A DNA stretch of 64,000 bases from Eledone cirrhosa (lineage: Eukaryota): the NCBI GenBank assembly GCA_964016885.1, contig OZ024759.1, forward strand, positions 14,012,001-14,076,000, given 5' to 3'. Position 1 is the stretch's first letter; each line of letters opens with the position of its first letter. A program made the translations under genes and the position numbers. Below, in pieces: positions 37,876 through 51,956 of the stretch. The notes beneath the pieces are model-generated. The model saw nothing but the letters and a program-made list of their open reading frames with translations. It was not told the DNA's origin and searched no databases.

Positions 37876-39272
37876 GGTGATGGTAATGTTGTTGGTGTTG
37901 TTGTTAGCGTTTTCTATTTTCACATGTTTTCGTATTGTTGTCATTTCTATAATAGGAAGAATCTGCTCTAGTTATAGTTTTTAATTTACTTCCTGATCAA
38001 TGATAAAACTATTTAACATATTGTTCTATTTTTAAACAACTGTCACTCATTCTCTAACTCTCTCTCAACCTCTTTCTAACTCTCTCTCTCTAACTCTTTC
38101 TCTCTATCTAACTCTCTCCCTCCCTCTCTCTATCTAGCTAACTCCCTCTCTCTCTAACTTTCTCTCTTTCTCTCTCTATATATCTCTCTCTATCTCTATC
38201 TATCTGTCTATCTCCCTAAATGTTTCCAAGCATTTATAATCACATCAAGAGTTCAATGACTTTGTTTAATTATTTTCACTTTGTATTTCTGCCCTCCCCG
38301 TATGTGTGTGTTGTTAGATATTTCTTTCTTTAAACCACTTTGTTGTGCTATTCTATTAGTCATCAGCTGTTTAGTCAGTTAAGTCTTAAAAATACAGGCT
38401 GCCTGTAAAACCAGTTTGTTTGTTGCTGAAAACATCAATATATTCCCTGATATCACTTTTCACTTTGGTGAATTTGTCATCTCAAATCACTAATAATGTT
38501 GTTTTTGTCGTGGTTGCTGCTGTTGTTTTAAGCTGCAGTAATGGCCTCTCTGTTCATAGTTCGGGGTTATTGAAAGCTTGTTTCATGTAATAGTTGTGTA
38601 ACATTATTTAATCTAGCAATTGTAGGTGGATGGTAAGGATTCAAAAAAAAAACTATTGACCACAAGTTTGTTTCATTGGTTCATAGATTTTTCTTTATTG
38701 TTGTTCGACCATTTTGATACCATCCAGACCAAAACCAGCTCTGGTTCTATGAAACAAAATCATCCATTTTAAAATGGATAAAATCTTCCAACATAATTTT
38801 ATATAAATAACCTTAATGTTACTGTTTTAGCATAATAAAATAATAAATAATTTTAGTAAATCCTTCAAAATTAGTATTAGAAATATGGCTACAAAAAAGA
38901 TAACCGTATTTTTAATGAAAGACATTCTTTTATTGAATTCTGTCATTAAACTGCAGCCCTGCTGGAGAAGCTTGTTGGGATTTCATTGTGAAATGAAGTG
39001 TTTTGTTCAAGAACACAACACACAACCCAGTCCGAGAATTGAACCCACAATGTTGTTATGATAGTAAGTCCAACACACTTACACTAGGTCACACCTATGT
39101 TTAGGTTGTGATTCATATGTTACTGAAAATATTGGACCATTGAGGGGATTGACTGACTTCTCTATTGATGGAGGCAAAGGTTAATTTTTAATAACCATTT
39201 AAATGAATTGTTTGTTTTTATTGGTTATCTATCAACATACTGTATATCTTTCTTCTGTCAGAATCCATTTTA

Positions 39273-39309
<37 letters not shown>

Positions 39310-39523
39310 CTGTGTGTGTTTTTTCTTTCCCAAATTTTTTTTTTCTGTTTCTTCATCTTCTCACTCTCCACTAGCTTTCTATTTCATCTTTTACTTCCCA
39401 TTCTGATGAAGGACTTGTGTCTGAAACGTTGAGACTCTTTTCTTGTTATATCAAGTGTTAAGCTAATATATGTATCTTCATTGTATTGTATCATTTTGCA
39501 GTGTTGTTTTCCATTTACTTTTT

Positions 39524-40551
<1,028 letters not shown>

Positions 40552-43500
40552 TACTTTGATGTTATGAACAAGAGGTCTGATGTTTCTAGAACTTGATTAG
40601 TTACCATCACCATTTTACGGTCATTTTTCCATGTTAGCATGAGTTAGACGAGTTGTCCTTTTGTGGGGACTATTTGAAGATGGAAGTAGGTGTGTTGTAG
40701 GGTTTGTTTTTCTAACAACTGTGTGTAGATGTAGGTATATATATATATATAATACAATGTCAATGGCAGGTTCCAGCCAACACAATTTTTCCCACCTATA
40801 TGACCTTTTGATAAATTCATCATATTTTAATCTACAGCTTTATTGTTATTTTTATTATGAAAGGTCATGAGGTCATAAGGTCATAATGTTCGATAACTAT
40901 TGTCAAAAACTATAATTCACAACAAACATTTAAAACTTTCTTTGCCATATTTCTAATGAATGACGTTACCTATGATTTTCAATTACTGTCCTATATAAGC
41001 TGAGAAATATGACCCCCCAAAATGATGGTAAAATGGGGGGGGGGGGTCAGCTTATGTTTAAGGCCAGTTTTTGCCGATTTTCACAATCTTCAAAATTCTA
41101 TGTAAATGGGGTGCTAAAATATTTTCGCTTTGGAAGTGAATATTACACCAGTTTCATTCTCGACATGAAATTTGTATTTCCTATTGTTTTTGATGTTATG
41201 AATGAATATGGCCATCTAAATGGTCAGAAATTGGTAAAAAAATCATTACATAATGGAGTTGTAGGACAAAAACAACTCTTAAAACATTTAAAATAAAATT
41301 TTAAAACTTCATAAATAGATTCGCCACTTATGAGAATTCAAAACCACACCATCTAAACATGTTTAGCTGCCTAAGCTTATGGTGTTTAGATTTTTGTCCA
41401 TTTCTCAAACATAAAATATGGTGAGGTAGTGGCTTATACACAGTAATTTGCATGGATTTAGTAATATAATTAACTTTCTGTGTATTTATTTGGTGTTTAG
41501 AACATAACTTAAAAATCCTTAAATAAAACTATGATAGGAGGGTTTTAGATAAATATAAACACCTTAATCCTTTCGTTACCATATTTCTAATGAAAGACTG
41601 ACTGATTTTTGATTAAATTTGAAAATATAAACTTTAGAGGGATTTAGTTTTTAGAGTTTTCTCATTATTTGATACTAGCAGAAAACCACCCTTTGGGCAT
41701 TTTTCTGCTAGTATGTATAGTGTACATGTTATTATATGCAAATATATATACATGTAGATATGATACGTAAAATAAAATTGTAATTGACAACATGCACATA
41801 CATTAAAGAGAGTCTGAGTTACATTCTCTTCTGTAATCAGTAAAGTAATACATGATACATGATACATTTAAAAAAGATGATATTATATATAAACTGCATT
41901 ACAGCGAAATGTTACAAAACGGAGAAAATGAGAATAGTGATGGAAACATAATGATGCTAATATATGAATTTTTATATATAATGATATATGTGATATATAT
42001 GTGATAGCATATGGCGAAGTGTTATGATATAACGGATGCTAACAAGAAGTGTTGACATTTGAAAATTTAAAAAGAAGTGAATCTTAAAATAAGCAATACA
42101 TTATATATAAGAATATTTATGTTTAATCAAGAGCTATGAAATTTAGTAGATGAATTACATAATATTCATTCATGATTTATTCAAAGTAATCCAACTTATT
42201 TTAATGTGTTCAGAAAAAATATTCCTGACACAGTCGCGCAGTCCTCCAATCATTACATATTAGATTTGGAACGTAACTTTAGCTCCATAAAGTGGAGTGG
42301 TGCTATGCCCTGGGACAATTGTCTTTGCCATCCTGTCAGCCGGGGGGGGGGGGGGACGGACTACAAGGCAGACTGACCCTTCAGTTTTATTTATGGTGAT
42401 GGCATGTAGATGAGATTTACTTCTATAAGCATGATTGGTAAAAAAGTGAAAACATTTAACTTTCTTCCCCTCCATCACTATATACATAAGTTAAGAAATG
42501 TTCTTATGATGGAAGATTTAAGTTTAAACACTTTAAAACTGATGGCTTTATATCAGAGAACCAGTGGTGTTTTTGGGTGGTTTGTATCAACAGACTTAAG
42601 GTTATTTTTCCCTGGTAAAGCTGGTGTTGACCCTGTGGGGCCCACGTCAGAAAGTTATCATCATCATCGTTTTTATCTTTGTTTTTTCATGCTTGCATGA
42701 GTTGGACGGGTCCTTCTCAGCACAGCATCTCTCAATGTGTTCCTTTGTCATCTCCCTGGTCTTTCTCTGCTGCAGCTTCCTTCCACTGGAATTTCTGGGC
42801 ACCTCTTCACTTCAGTTATTTATGTTACTAAATTCCTTCTAATTCTTCATTAAAACAAATGATTTAAGGTATTTTTCTTTGCTAAAACAGGTTAATGTGA
42901 CAGATTTCATACTTATCACAGGAACTTTTTTGAGGCAATGTTTTACAGCTGGATGTCCTTCCTGACACCAACTTTTTTAGTCATCTCGTAGCCACCTTTT
43001 AACCCTTCCTTTACAATATTTCTAATAAAAGACACTAGATGATTCTCAAATAATTTTCAAAATAATCAAGTATTTAGAGCAATTTAATAATAACTAACAT
43101 TCTCGTTATTAAGTTGGTGTTTAAAACATAATTTAACAATGGTTCTTGCATAAAATTATGATGGAGAATTTTAGATTAACACATTAACCTGTTCGTTAGT
43201 ATATTTCCACTGAAATACACTATTTGAATTAAAATTATTTCATTTAGGTGATTTTTGTATAAAAATGCTGGAAAGTTTTAGCTTAAACTAGACCACTTGT
43301 GACCCGTTGGGTCACGTTCACTTCAAAATGTTTTTTAAAAAATCATGTTCACTTAAAAATAAGTTTTAAATAATTAAAATATACACAGACATGTATATAA
43401 TGTGAAATGAAACTGGAAGGTCAATATATGTGTGTGTATGTATATATATATAACTGTGTGTTTGTATACATATATATATATAATATGTATGTGTGGGTGT

Positions 43501-44304
43501 CTGATCTATATACACTGGTCATAGACAATCACATATATATATCGTCCAAACCCATGCAAGCGTGGAAGATGGATGTTAAACGATGATGATGATGATATAC
43601 GCAACACCACCAGCTCTCTTCCATTCTCCTTCTGTCTCCTCCCCCCTATCTCTGTCTCTTTCAATCTACCCTCTCACAACCACTATCCCTTTCTCTCTAT
43701 CCTTCTCTCTCTCTCTGTTTATGAAGGTACCCAGAAAACCCCATATCCCAGGAACTCGTGCTTCGTTTTACGCGAAACTTGTTTTATTCCATTTTCAGGG
43801 ATAACTTCCTTTCACAGTATTTTCCCATTATGCGCCCCTTTTGGCTGTATTACATTACAGACAAGCAAGCCAGCAATCACAGACTTTTAGTAATATATAG
43901 AAAGATAGGAACCCTTTATGTGGGTATTTTTGTTTCATAGAACCTGAGGTAATTTTGGGGGGTGGCTGGGTACCAAAATAGGCAATATAGTTTTGTATTT
44001 TATAACTAGAGGCTATCAAAATGGCTAGCATAGCTGTCTGGTGTATGGCAGATGTGATGTTGTCCACTTGTTTTTTTTCTGTCTCTAGGTGTTCAGTCCC
44101 CATTTATTTGACTGTTTTTCAGAGTCAAAATCTGTTGCTGCAGCTTACAAATACCAAACATCATCACTGTCTAACGTCCATTTTCTATGCTAGCATGAGT
44201 TAGACAAGTTATCCCATTGAGACAAGTCATATCAGATGACTGTGACTTGCTCATACAGAGCTGTTTCAGTCATTTTTTCAATGCTTCTTGAATGTGATTG
44301 ATTC

Positions 44305-45455
44305 TTTGTTTATATTTCTGGGCTGATAGATAAGGGGTTTGTAAGCTGAGCTTGTATAACTGTTTACATTTATGGGCTGATAGATAAGGGGTTTGTAAGC
44401 TGAGCTTGTATAACTACATTTCTGGGCTGATAAATAAGGGGTTTGTAAGCTGAGCTTGTATAACTACATTTCTGGGCTGATAAATTAGGGGTTTGTAAGC
44501 TGAGCTTGTATAACTGTTTATATTTCTGGGCTGATAGATAAGGGGTTTGTAAGCTGAGCTTGTATAACTGTTTATATTTATGGGCTGATAAATAAGGGGT
44601 TTGTAAGCTGAGCTAGTATAACTATATTTCTGGGCTGATAAATAAGGGGTTTGTAAGCTGAGCTTGTATAACTGTTTACATTTATGGGCTGATAAATAAG
44701 GGGTTTGTAAGCTGAGCTTGTATAACTGTTTACATTTATGGGCTGATAAATAAGGGGTTTGTAAGCTGAGCTTGTATAACTATATTTCTGGGCTGATAAA
44801 TAAGGGGTTTGTAAGCTGAGCTTGTATAACTTTACATTTATGAGCTGATAAATAAGTGGTTTGTAAGCTGAGCTTGTATAACTGTTTACATTTATGGGCT
44901 GATAAATAAGGGGTTTGTAAGCTGAGCTTGTATAACTATATTTCTGGGCTGATAAATTAGGGGTTTGTAAGCTGAGCTTGTATAACTGTTTACATTTATG
45001 GGCTGATAAATAAGGGGTTTGTAAGCTGAGCTTGTATAACTACATTTCTGGGCTGATAAATTAGGGGTTTGTAAGCTGAGCTTGTATAACTGTTTATATT
45101 TCTGGGCTGATAAATAAGGGGTTTGTAAGCTGAACTTGTATAATTACATTTCTGGGCTGATAAATTAGGGGTTTGTAAGCCAAGCTTGTATAACTGTTTA
45201 TATTTTGGGGCTGATAAATTAGGGGTTTGTAAGCCAAGCTTGTATAACTGTTTATATTTTGGGGCTGATAAATTAGGGGTTTGTAAGCCAAGCTTGTATA
45301 ACTGTTTATATTTTTGGGCTGATAAATAAGGGGTTTGTAAGCTGGACTTGTATAACTACATTTCTGGGCTGATAAATTAGGGGTTTGTAAGCTGAGCTTG
45401 TATAACTGTTTACATTTATGGGCTGATAAATTTGTAAGCTGAACTTGTATAACTG
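44305..45455. repeat. 50/54-bp minisatellite (tgggctgataaataaggggtttgtaagctgagcttgtataact...), about 22 units
   Basis: Two unit lengths differing by a 4-bp indel; ends about 150 bp before exon 3. Confidence 0.93.
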
Positions 45456-45605
45456 TATTCTTTAGTCAAAAGCTGCACTGTAGCAGCTTATAAGCTAACA
45501 CTTTGAAAATGTTCAATTTATTTGTGTGAGAGGAAGAAAGGTTAAATGAAAAGAATTTGTTTTGAAGCTGAAGTGTTTATTGTTATTTTTTGGTTCTGTT
45601 TTCAG

Positions 45606-45754
45606 TAGGAATTCCCATAATCAAATGGGGTGGTGCAGAAGGAGACTACAACGTCATGGTAATGGAGCTTCTGGGGCCAAGTCTGGAAGATCTATTTAAT
45701 TTCTGTTCAAGAAAATTCAGTCCAAAAACTGTGCTTTTGCTTGCAGATCAGTTG
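45606..45754 (+). CDS. CSNK1D: CK1 delta/epsilon coding exon 3 ([50 protein letters not shown])
   Basis: ttttcag acceptor, gtaatg donor, 149 nt; CK1 hallmark [12 protein letters not shown]; overlaps ORF 45590..45799. Confidence 0.97.
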
Positions 45755-46440
45755 GTAATGTTGAATATTTCTTCACTTCTCTTCTGTATTCCACCATAAT
45801 TATATGCCATGTGTGTTTTTATATATATATATATATATATATACAAACTTTGTTTTTAAATTTGCCTGAAAACGTGTGTTGAAACAGATATTGTTATACT
45901 TTGGGAGGGTCATGCTGCCAATAAAAACACAACCGGATGGTTGTTTCAGTCACAAGTTCCTGACAACACACAAAAACAAGATGGTGTAGGACAGAACAAA
46001 GGAGAGGCACAAAATAAAAACCCAGTCACTGAGTAGGTCACATAATGTGTGACGAAAGAGCTTTGACAATATATAAACAACCATCCGGTTATTGAATCAA
46101 CCAACTGGAAATAAATTAAAGTGAAAACCAACAGGTGCATGTATTTTTATTGGCAGCATGACCCTCCCAAAGTATAACACACACACAGACACACATATAT
46201 ATATATATTTTTTTTTCTCAACCTGTTAGTTCTATCGTTACTTTGGTATGTTATTGTGGGTTAGATTTTGCCTACCACAATGTTAGATTTGTCAAGCTAT
46301 TTAAGCGTATGTTATTACTCTAAGGACCTAACTTATTGAGTGCTTTGCTAACTCATCACCTCATAAGTAGGCCGAATTTGCTTGCAAATCGCCAGAGATT
46401 CGATTTTACTAAATATCCAATTATTTATATATATGTATAT

Positions 46441-46786
46441 GGAGGCACATGGCTTAGTGGTTAGAGCATTGGCCTTGCAATCGAAAAGTTGTGAGTTCAA
46501 TTCTCACACCGGGTGATGTGTTGTTTCCTTGAGCAAGACACTTTATTTCACATTGCTCCAGTTTACTCAGCTGTAGAAATGAGATGATAGGGTCTGGGGT
46601 CCATATCATTCCACTGCAAAGTGGTCGTGGAGGTGCCATGTCAAAAAGCACCTAGCACTCACTGTAAATGAGGTTGGTGTTAGGAAGGGCATCCAGCTGT
46701 AGAAATCAAGCCAAAATCAGTTCCCATCCCACCCTTGCAAGCAGGGAAAAAGCGGACGTAAAATGAAATGATGAAATGATGATGAT
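46441..46786 (+). mobile_element. tRNA-derived CORE-type SINE with an RTE-LINE-derived tail
   Basis: A box tggcttagtgg, B box gagttcaattc, CORE-like ccttgagcaagacactt, and a tail (ggttggtgttaggaagggcatccagctgtagaaa...gatgatgat) shared with the LINE 3' UTR. Confidence 0.85.
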
Positions 46787-47032
46787 ATATATATATATAT
46801 TATCTGTCTGCAACTCTTCAAAATTTACACACCCAATGCATTTCCTATTTCAATCATGTTACTACAATAAGTGCACATGCTCTTGAGTTCTAAACTTACA
46901 TTTGTCCCTTTAAAGTTTTACCACCCAAATATACATACACACAATAAGTTCATTATTCCAATCACAAGGTCCTGGGTTCTAAACTTACATTTGGCCCTGT
47001 AAATAGTTATTTCTCCAAAGTAACTCAGGCAT

Positions 47033-47245
47033 TTAACCCTTTAGCATTCACATTACTCTATATTTACTATTATATTTTCACAGTAAAAGCTTTACCTCAC
47101 ATAATATCCAATCTATAAGATTTTGATATTTATTTTGAGAACAATACATTAACGTCTGTATGAGTGGCCAGTTACGACCAGTTTGAACAGAAAGAGATGA
47201 GAGAATTCTGCCTGGATACAGTCAGTTTAAATGCTAAAGGGTTAA
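47033..47245 (-). mobile_element. piggyBac-like MITE family A (~215-230 bp; TTAA-CCCTTTAGCATT terminal inverted repeats)
   Basis: TTAACCCTTTAGCATT...AATGCTAAAGGGTTAA. Further copies at about 1945-2100, 2101-2316, 17756-17970, 25570-25759, 35341-35567, 47427-47642, 48501-48716, 53041-53269, 57441-57656, 60824-61036 and 63564-63997. Confidence 0.85.
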
Positions 47246-47426
47246 TCCTTAATTTGTACATATCTATGCTGAACATTAGAAACTATATGATCGGAAAAAA
47301 TATATTAAAATACCCTTCTTCTATATCCAGTAATGGTGTTATATATGGCATAGCAATGTTGGACTCCAAACATTAAATATGGTCAACTCTATTGATGGAA
47401 CTGGTCTGCTAGTTTTACTCCAAACA

Positions 47427-47642
47427 TTAACCCTTTAAACTGGCCGTATCCGGCCAGAATTCTCCCATCTCTTTCTGTTCAAACCAGCTGTAACCAGCCG
47501 CTCATACTGATGTTAAGGTGTTGTTCTCCAAATAAATAATATCAAAATCTCAAAGATTCGATATTATGTGAGATGATTATAGTAAAGCCTTTACCACAAA
47601 TACACTTGTATATCTAGAGTAATGTAAATGTTGAAGGCTTAA
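47427..47642 (+). mobile_element. piggyBac-like MITE family A copy
   Basis: TTAA at both ends, inside a duplicated host sequence whose other copy is empty. Confidence 0.85.
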
Positions 47643-48192
47643 ATATGGGCAACTTTATTGATGGCACTGCTCTGCTAGTTTATAATAAAGCAATATGTGA
47701 GGCATTGTGGGATATATGGTTAGAATTGTTTTGGCTGGTGATACTACTACTACTACCACCACCACCATTATTACTTCTATCACCACCATTACTATTACTG
47801 CCACTACTACTACTTGATTTTCCAGTAAATAGAGCAATAACTGATAATACCAAACACACCACATCTGGTCACAAGATAAAGTCTTCTAAGATCTGTGTAT
47901 TCCAAGATAGACATGTAAATTCTCTCTCTATTTTTATCTCTTTCTCTCCCTTTCCCTCTCCTTATATTGTCTCTTGTTTTTTACTCCTTTGGACAGCATT
48001 TGGCTTTTGTCAGGCACTGTGACCCTGGTTGGACTAGCAGTACCATTGGTACGGGTTAAAACTGTCCAAGTCCATCTCAATGGCCGATGACCATGGAGTT
48101 CTTTATCCTGTGTTTGTAATTTTTTTTAAAAATTATTTTAAACAACAATTTTAAAACGTTATTAATTTTTTTTTATTTTTCTTTAATTTCAG

Positions 48193-48421
48193 ATAAGTCG
48201 GATTGAGTACATACATTCAAAGAATTTCATCCATCGAGATGTGAAACCAGATAATTTTCTCATGGGATTAGGGAAAAAGGGAAATTTAGTATACATAATT
48301 GACTTTGGGCTTGCTAAAAAGTATCGTGATCCCAGGTCTCACCAACATATTTCTTATCGAGAAAATAAAAACTTAACTGGCACAGCAAGATATGCTAGTA
48401 TAAACACACATTTAGGAATAG
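48193..48421 (+). CDS. CSNK1D: CK1 delta/epsilon coding exon 4 ([22 protein letters not shown] motifs)
   Basis: tttcag acceptor, G|gtaaga donor, 229 nt; catalytic loop, DFG and the CK1-specific SIN motif. Confidence 0.98.
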
Positions 48422-48500
48422 GTAAGAAGCAAGCTTATCTTCTCAGTTTTTTTCACCATCATTATGGCCATCACCATCATCATTGTTTTTGAAAAGAATT

Positions 48501-48716
48501 TTAACCCTTTAGTATTTAAACCGGACATATCCATCGAGAATTATCTTACCTCTTTCTCTTTAAACCAACCACAAAAGGCTGCTTATACTGATATTAAGGT
48601 ATTGTTCTCAAAATAAATAACATCAAAATCTCATAGATTCGATATTATGTAAGATAAAGTGTTTACTGTGAAAATACAACAGTAAATATAGAGTAATGTA
48701 AATGCTAAAGGGTTAA
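48501..48716 (+). mobile_element. piggyBac-like MITE family A copy
   Basis: Complete TIRs and TTAA flanks. Confidence 0.85.
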
Positions 48717-49080
48717 GACAGAAAATGGAAGAATTACACCCCCCCCCCAAAAAAAAAACATGAAATTGTAGGTATAGCTGTGTGGTTGTGTGGTGGAGGT
48801 GTGGCTGTATTGTTAAGGCTGTTTCTGTGTGTATATATTATGTGTGGGTTTATGTCTTGATAAATAAGTACCAGACTTGAAATAAAAAGGTTCTGGGGTC
48901 AATATGATTGACTAGAGCCTTTCAAGACGGTGCCTTAGCACGACTAATCTAATGGCTGAAACCCTATATTGTCTGTTACATTGCTGTGGGCAGTTAGTGG
49001 CTGAAAATTATGATAAATTTTGTGATTTTGTTTTCCCTAATCAATAATCAATAATGATTGTGGTATTGTTATATTTCCAG

Positions 49081-49251
49081 AGCAAAGCAGACGAGATGAC
49101 ATGGAATCATTAGGCTATGTTTTCATGTATTTTTTGAGAGGAAGCTTGCCATGGCAGGGATTGAAAGCAGCAACCAAACGACAAAAATATGAAAGGATTA
49201 GTGAAAAAAAAATGTCAACTCCTATTGAAGAGCTTTGTAAAGGATTTCCTT
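49081..49251 (+). CDS. CSNK1D: CK1 delta/epsilon coding exon 5 ([57 protein letters not shown])
   Basis: tttccag acceptor, gtgagt donor, 171 nt; EQSRRDD and [10 protein letters not shown]1 motifs. Confidence 0.97.
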
Positions 49252-49669
49252 GTGAGTAGAATACCATTTGTTTAGTATTAGTCTCATTTTTGGTTAGTAG
49301 GTAACTTGTAATATCTTGTACCACATGAAACCACATTAGCAAGACATTGTTGAAAAATAAAAAACAGCACTGTCTGCCTCACATTAAAAATGGCTTTGGC
49401 TGATTTGGTATGAAAAGGGTATCAAAATTTGGTATCACATGGCCCTTTGGTGTGGCTCCCTTCATCCAATCAGAGTCTCTGAAAAGAGTCATTGAGTAGT
49501 ATTTACCGTATATGCTCAAATATTATGCCTGAGAAATGGGCAAACGTCCAAACCCTATTTCTAAGCCAATGTAGCTAATCAACACATTACATTTAGATGG
49601 CATATATAAGAACCTCCGCCACATTTTACTATTGATTTTTGATTGAAAATTCCTTGGCTTGTATTCGAG

Positions 49670-49864
49670 TACAAGGGCAGGCTAAAAAGTTCATAGGCTG
49701 ACCATGAAGGGGTGATGCTACAGCTGTGAGATCTTGCATGCATTAATCTCAACTCTTCTTATTTATAACTGCATTGTTTCTTTCCGGGAAAAAAAATAAA
49801 CCTCATTTGGTCATTTCATGAGAGTATGTTGGTTAGCCTATGAAGTTTTTAACCAATCCTTGTA
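49670..49864. mobile_element. Tc1/mariner-type MITE
   Basis: TA-flanked imperfect ~34-bp TIRs (tacaagggcaggctaaaaagttcataggctgacc / ggttagcctatgaagtttttaaccaatccttgta). Confidence 0.7.
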
Positions 49865-49944
49865 TATACAATACTTTGACTATGACATTTAGAATAGATG
49901 GTGTAATGATTTCTTAACTGTTTTTTCTCTCTCTCTATCTCTAG

Positions 49945-50093
49945 CGGAATTTACGACGTATTTAAATTTCTGTCGGTCGTTACGGTTTGATGATAAACCT
50001 GACTATTCCTATTTGAGGCAGCTATTTAGAAATCTCTTCCATCGTCAAGGATTTACCTATGATTATGTCTTTGACTGGAATTTGCTAAAATTT
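49945..50093 (+). CDS. CSNK1D: CK1 delta/epsilon coding exon 6 ([50 protein letters not shown])
   Basis: Polypyrimidine tract plus ctag acceptor, gtaagt donor, 149 nt; end of the kinase domain. Confidence 0.97.
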
Positions 50094-50221
50094 GTAAGTA
50101 TATAATCTTCAGAGACTATATTTTAGCCACAATATTTTAATATGCTTTAGTCAATATATTAACAGCAATATGTTTTCAGTCAGTATTTAATTTCTCTTTT
50201 GGTTATTTTTCAGCCTGTTTT

Positions 50222-50700
50222 TGTGTATATCTGGTTTACAACAGGTACACAGTATCCCTGTGTGTATCTGGTTTACGATAGATACACTGTAATCCTGTGT
50301 GTATCTGGTTTACAACAGGTACACTGTATACCTGTGTATATCTGGTTTATAATAGGTGCACAGTATCCCTGTGTGTATCTGGTTTACAACAGGTACACTG
50401 TATCCCTGTGTATATCTGGTTTACAACAGGTACACTGTATACCTGTGTGTATCTGGTTTACAAGAGGTACACTATCCCTGTATATCTAGTTTACAACAGG
50501 TACACTATACCTGTGTGTATCTGGTTTACCATAGGTACACTGTATCCCTGTGTATATCTGGTTTACAACAGGTAAACTGTATACCTGTGTGTATCTGGTT
50601 TACCATAGGTACACTGTATCCCTGTGTATCTGGTTTACAAGAGGTACACTGTATCCCTGTGTGTATCTGGTTTACAACTGGTACACTGTATCCATGTGTG
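50222..50700. repeat. ~35-37-bp minisatellite (ctggtttacaacaggtacactgtatccctgtgtgtat), about 13 units
   Basis: Direct periodicity starting about 130 bp after exon 6. Confidence 0.9.
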
Positions 50701-51918
50701 TCATAAGAGGCAGTTAAAAAGAGTTGGTGGCAGGAAGGGCATCTGACTCAAAACGACCCCATTGATGAGTATAAAACCTCACGTGACATCCTGCCATAAA
50801 AAGCTTGTGAAACAAAGAATCAGAAGGACTCTTCAGTTGTCAGATATGACAACCTCCCCAGTGATTGGTGATCTACATGATAAATGCACCCAGTATACTA
50901 TGTAAAGTAGTTGGTCATAGGAAGGCTATTGGCCATAGAAAACCTGCTAGAAAAGTTTTTTGGGGGGACCCTTTAGCTGTGCTGGTGTCACCATATAAAA
51001 TCAAGATTCAGGCCCTTGGCTCATCTGAGAGGTCAGTAGCCCCACCTGAGTATTTGGTTTGTGAAGACCCATCTAACCCTTGTTAAGAGTGAAAACAAAT
51101 GGTTAATGATGATGTTATTATATATGTGTATATTTATCTATGTATGTCGTCATCATCGTTTTAACCTCTGCTAGCCAGGGTTGGATGGGTCTACAAAGAT
51201 CAAATAAGTACTGAGGCAGTGGCTCCTGATCTCCCAGACAACCAGGGATCTATCATCTCGCTTATGTATGGTCTCATGTTCTATCAAGTGCACAGGGGAG
51301 GTTGTCATATCTTTGACACAACTGAAGGGTCTTACCAACCTTTTGCTTGGCAAGCCCTCCATGGTTGCATGCCCTTCCCATCATCAACCACTTTGCATGG
51401 AAGCATGGAGTGTTTGCAGTGAGGGTGGTGTTGAGAATAGCTGTTAGTGAGTGGTGATGGAAGGGAGAGGTCAGGCCACATTGTATGTTGCAGATTGGGT
51501 CTTCTTCAGCATTGTGTAGCACTAGTCCTTGCAGTCATTTTTGTTGCAAGGTTTAGTTTTTTAAAGTTGGTTTGCACATCCTCATCCCTTGTTTTCCTGT
51601 GTCTGCCTCTTCCATGAGTCCAAGCAACTGGGGTTTCTTTGTATGTCATCATCATCATCATCATTATCATTTCATCATCATGTATGTATATATATATATA
51701 TTTCTGTTTCTTTAATTTCTCATTCTATTTTCTGATGGACTAGCGTCCTACTATATCAAACGTAAAACTAATAATATATTTTTTTGTTGTACTGTGTTGT
51801 TTGCTTTATTTCTATTTACCTTTTGCATACACACACAGACAAATTTAAGTCATCATAACATATCAATTATGTATGATATTTGTCCAGAGCATCAGTAATT
51901 CAAATTTATAGATATGTG

Positions 51919-51956
<38 letters not shown>

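Noticed and set aside
46441-46515. tRNA gene
   Set aside because: A and B boxes are present but there is no convincing cloverleaf, and the sequence continues into a SINE body found in several copies.
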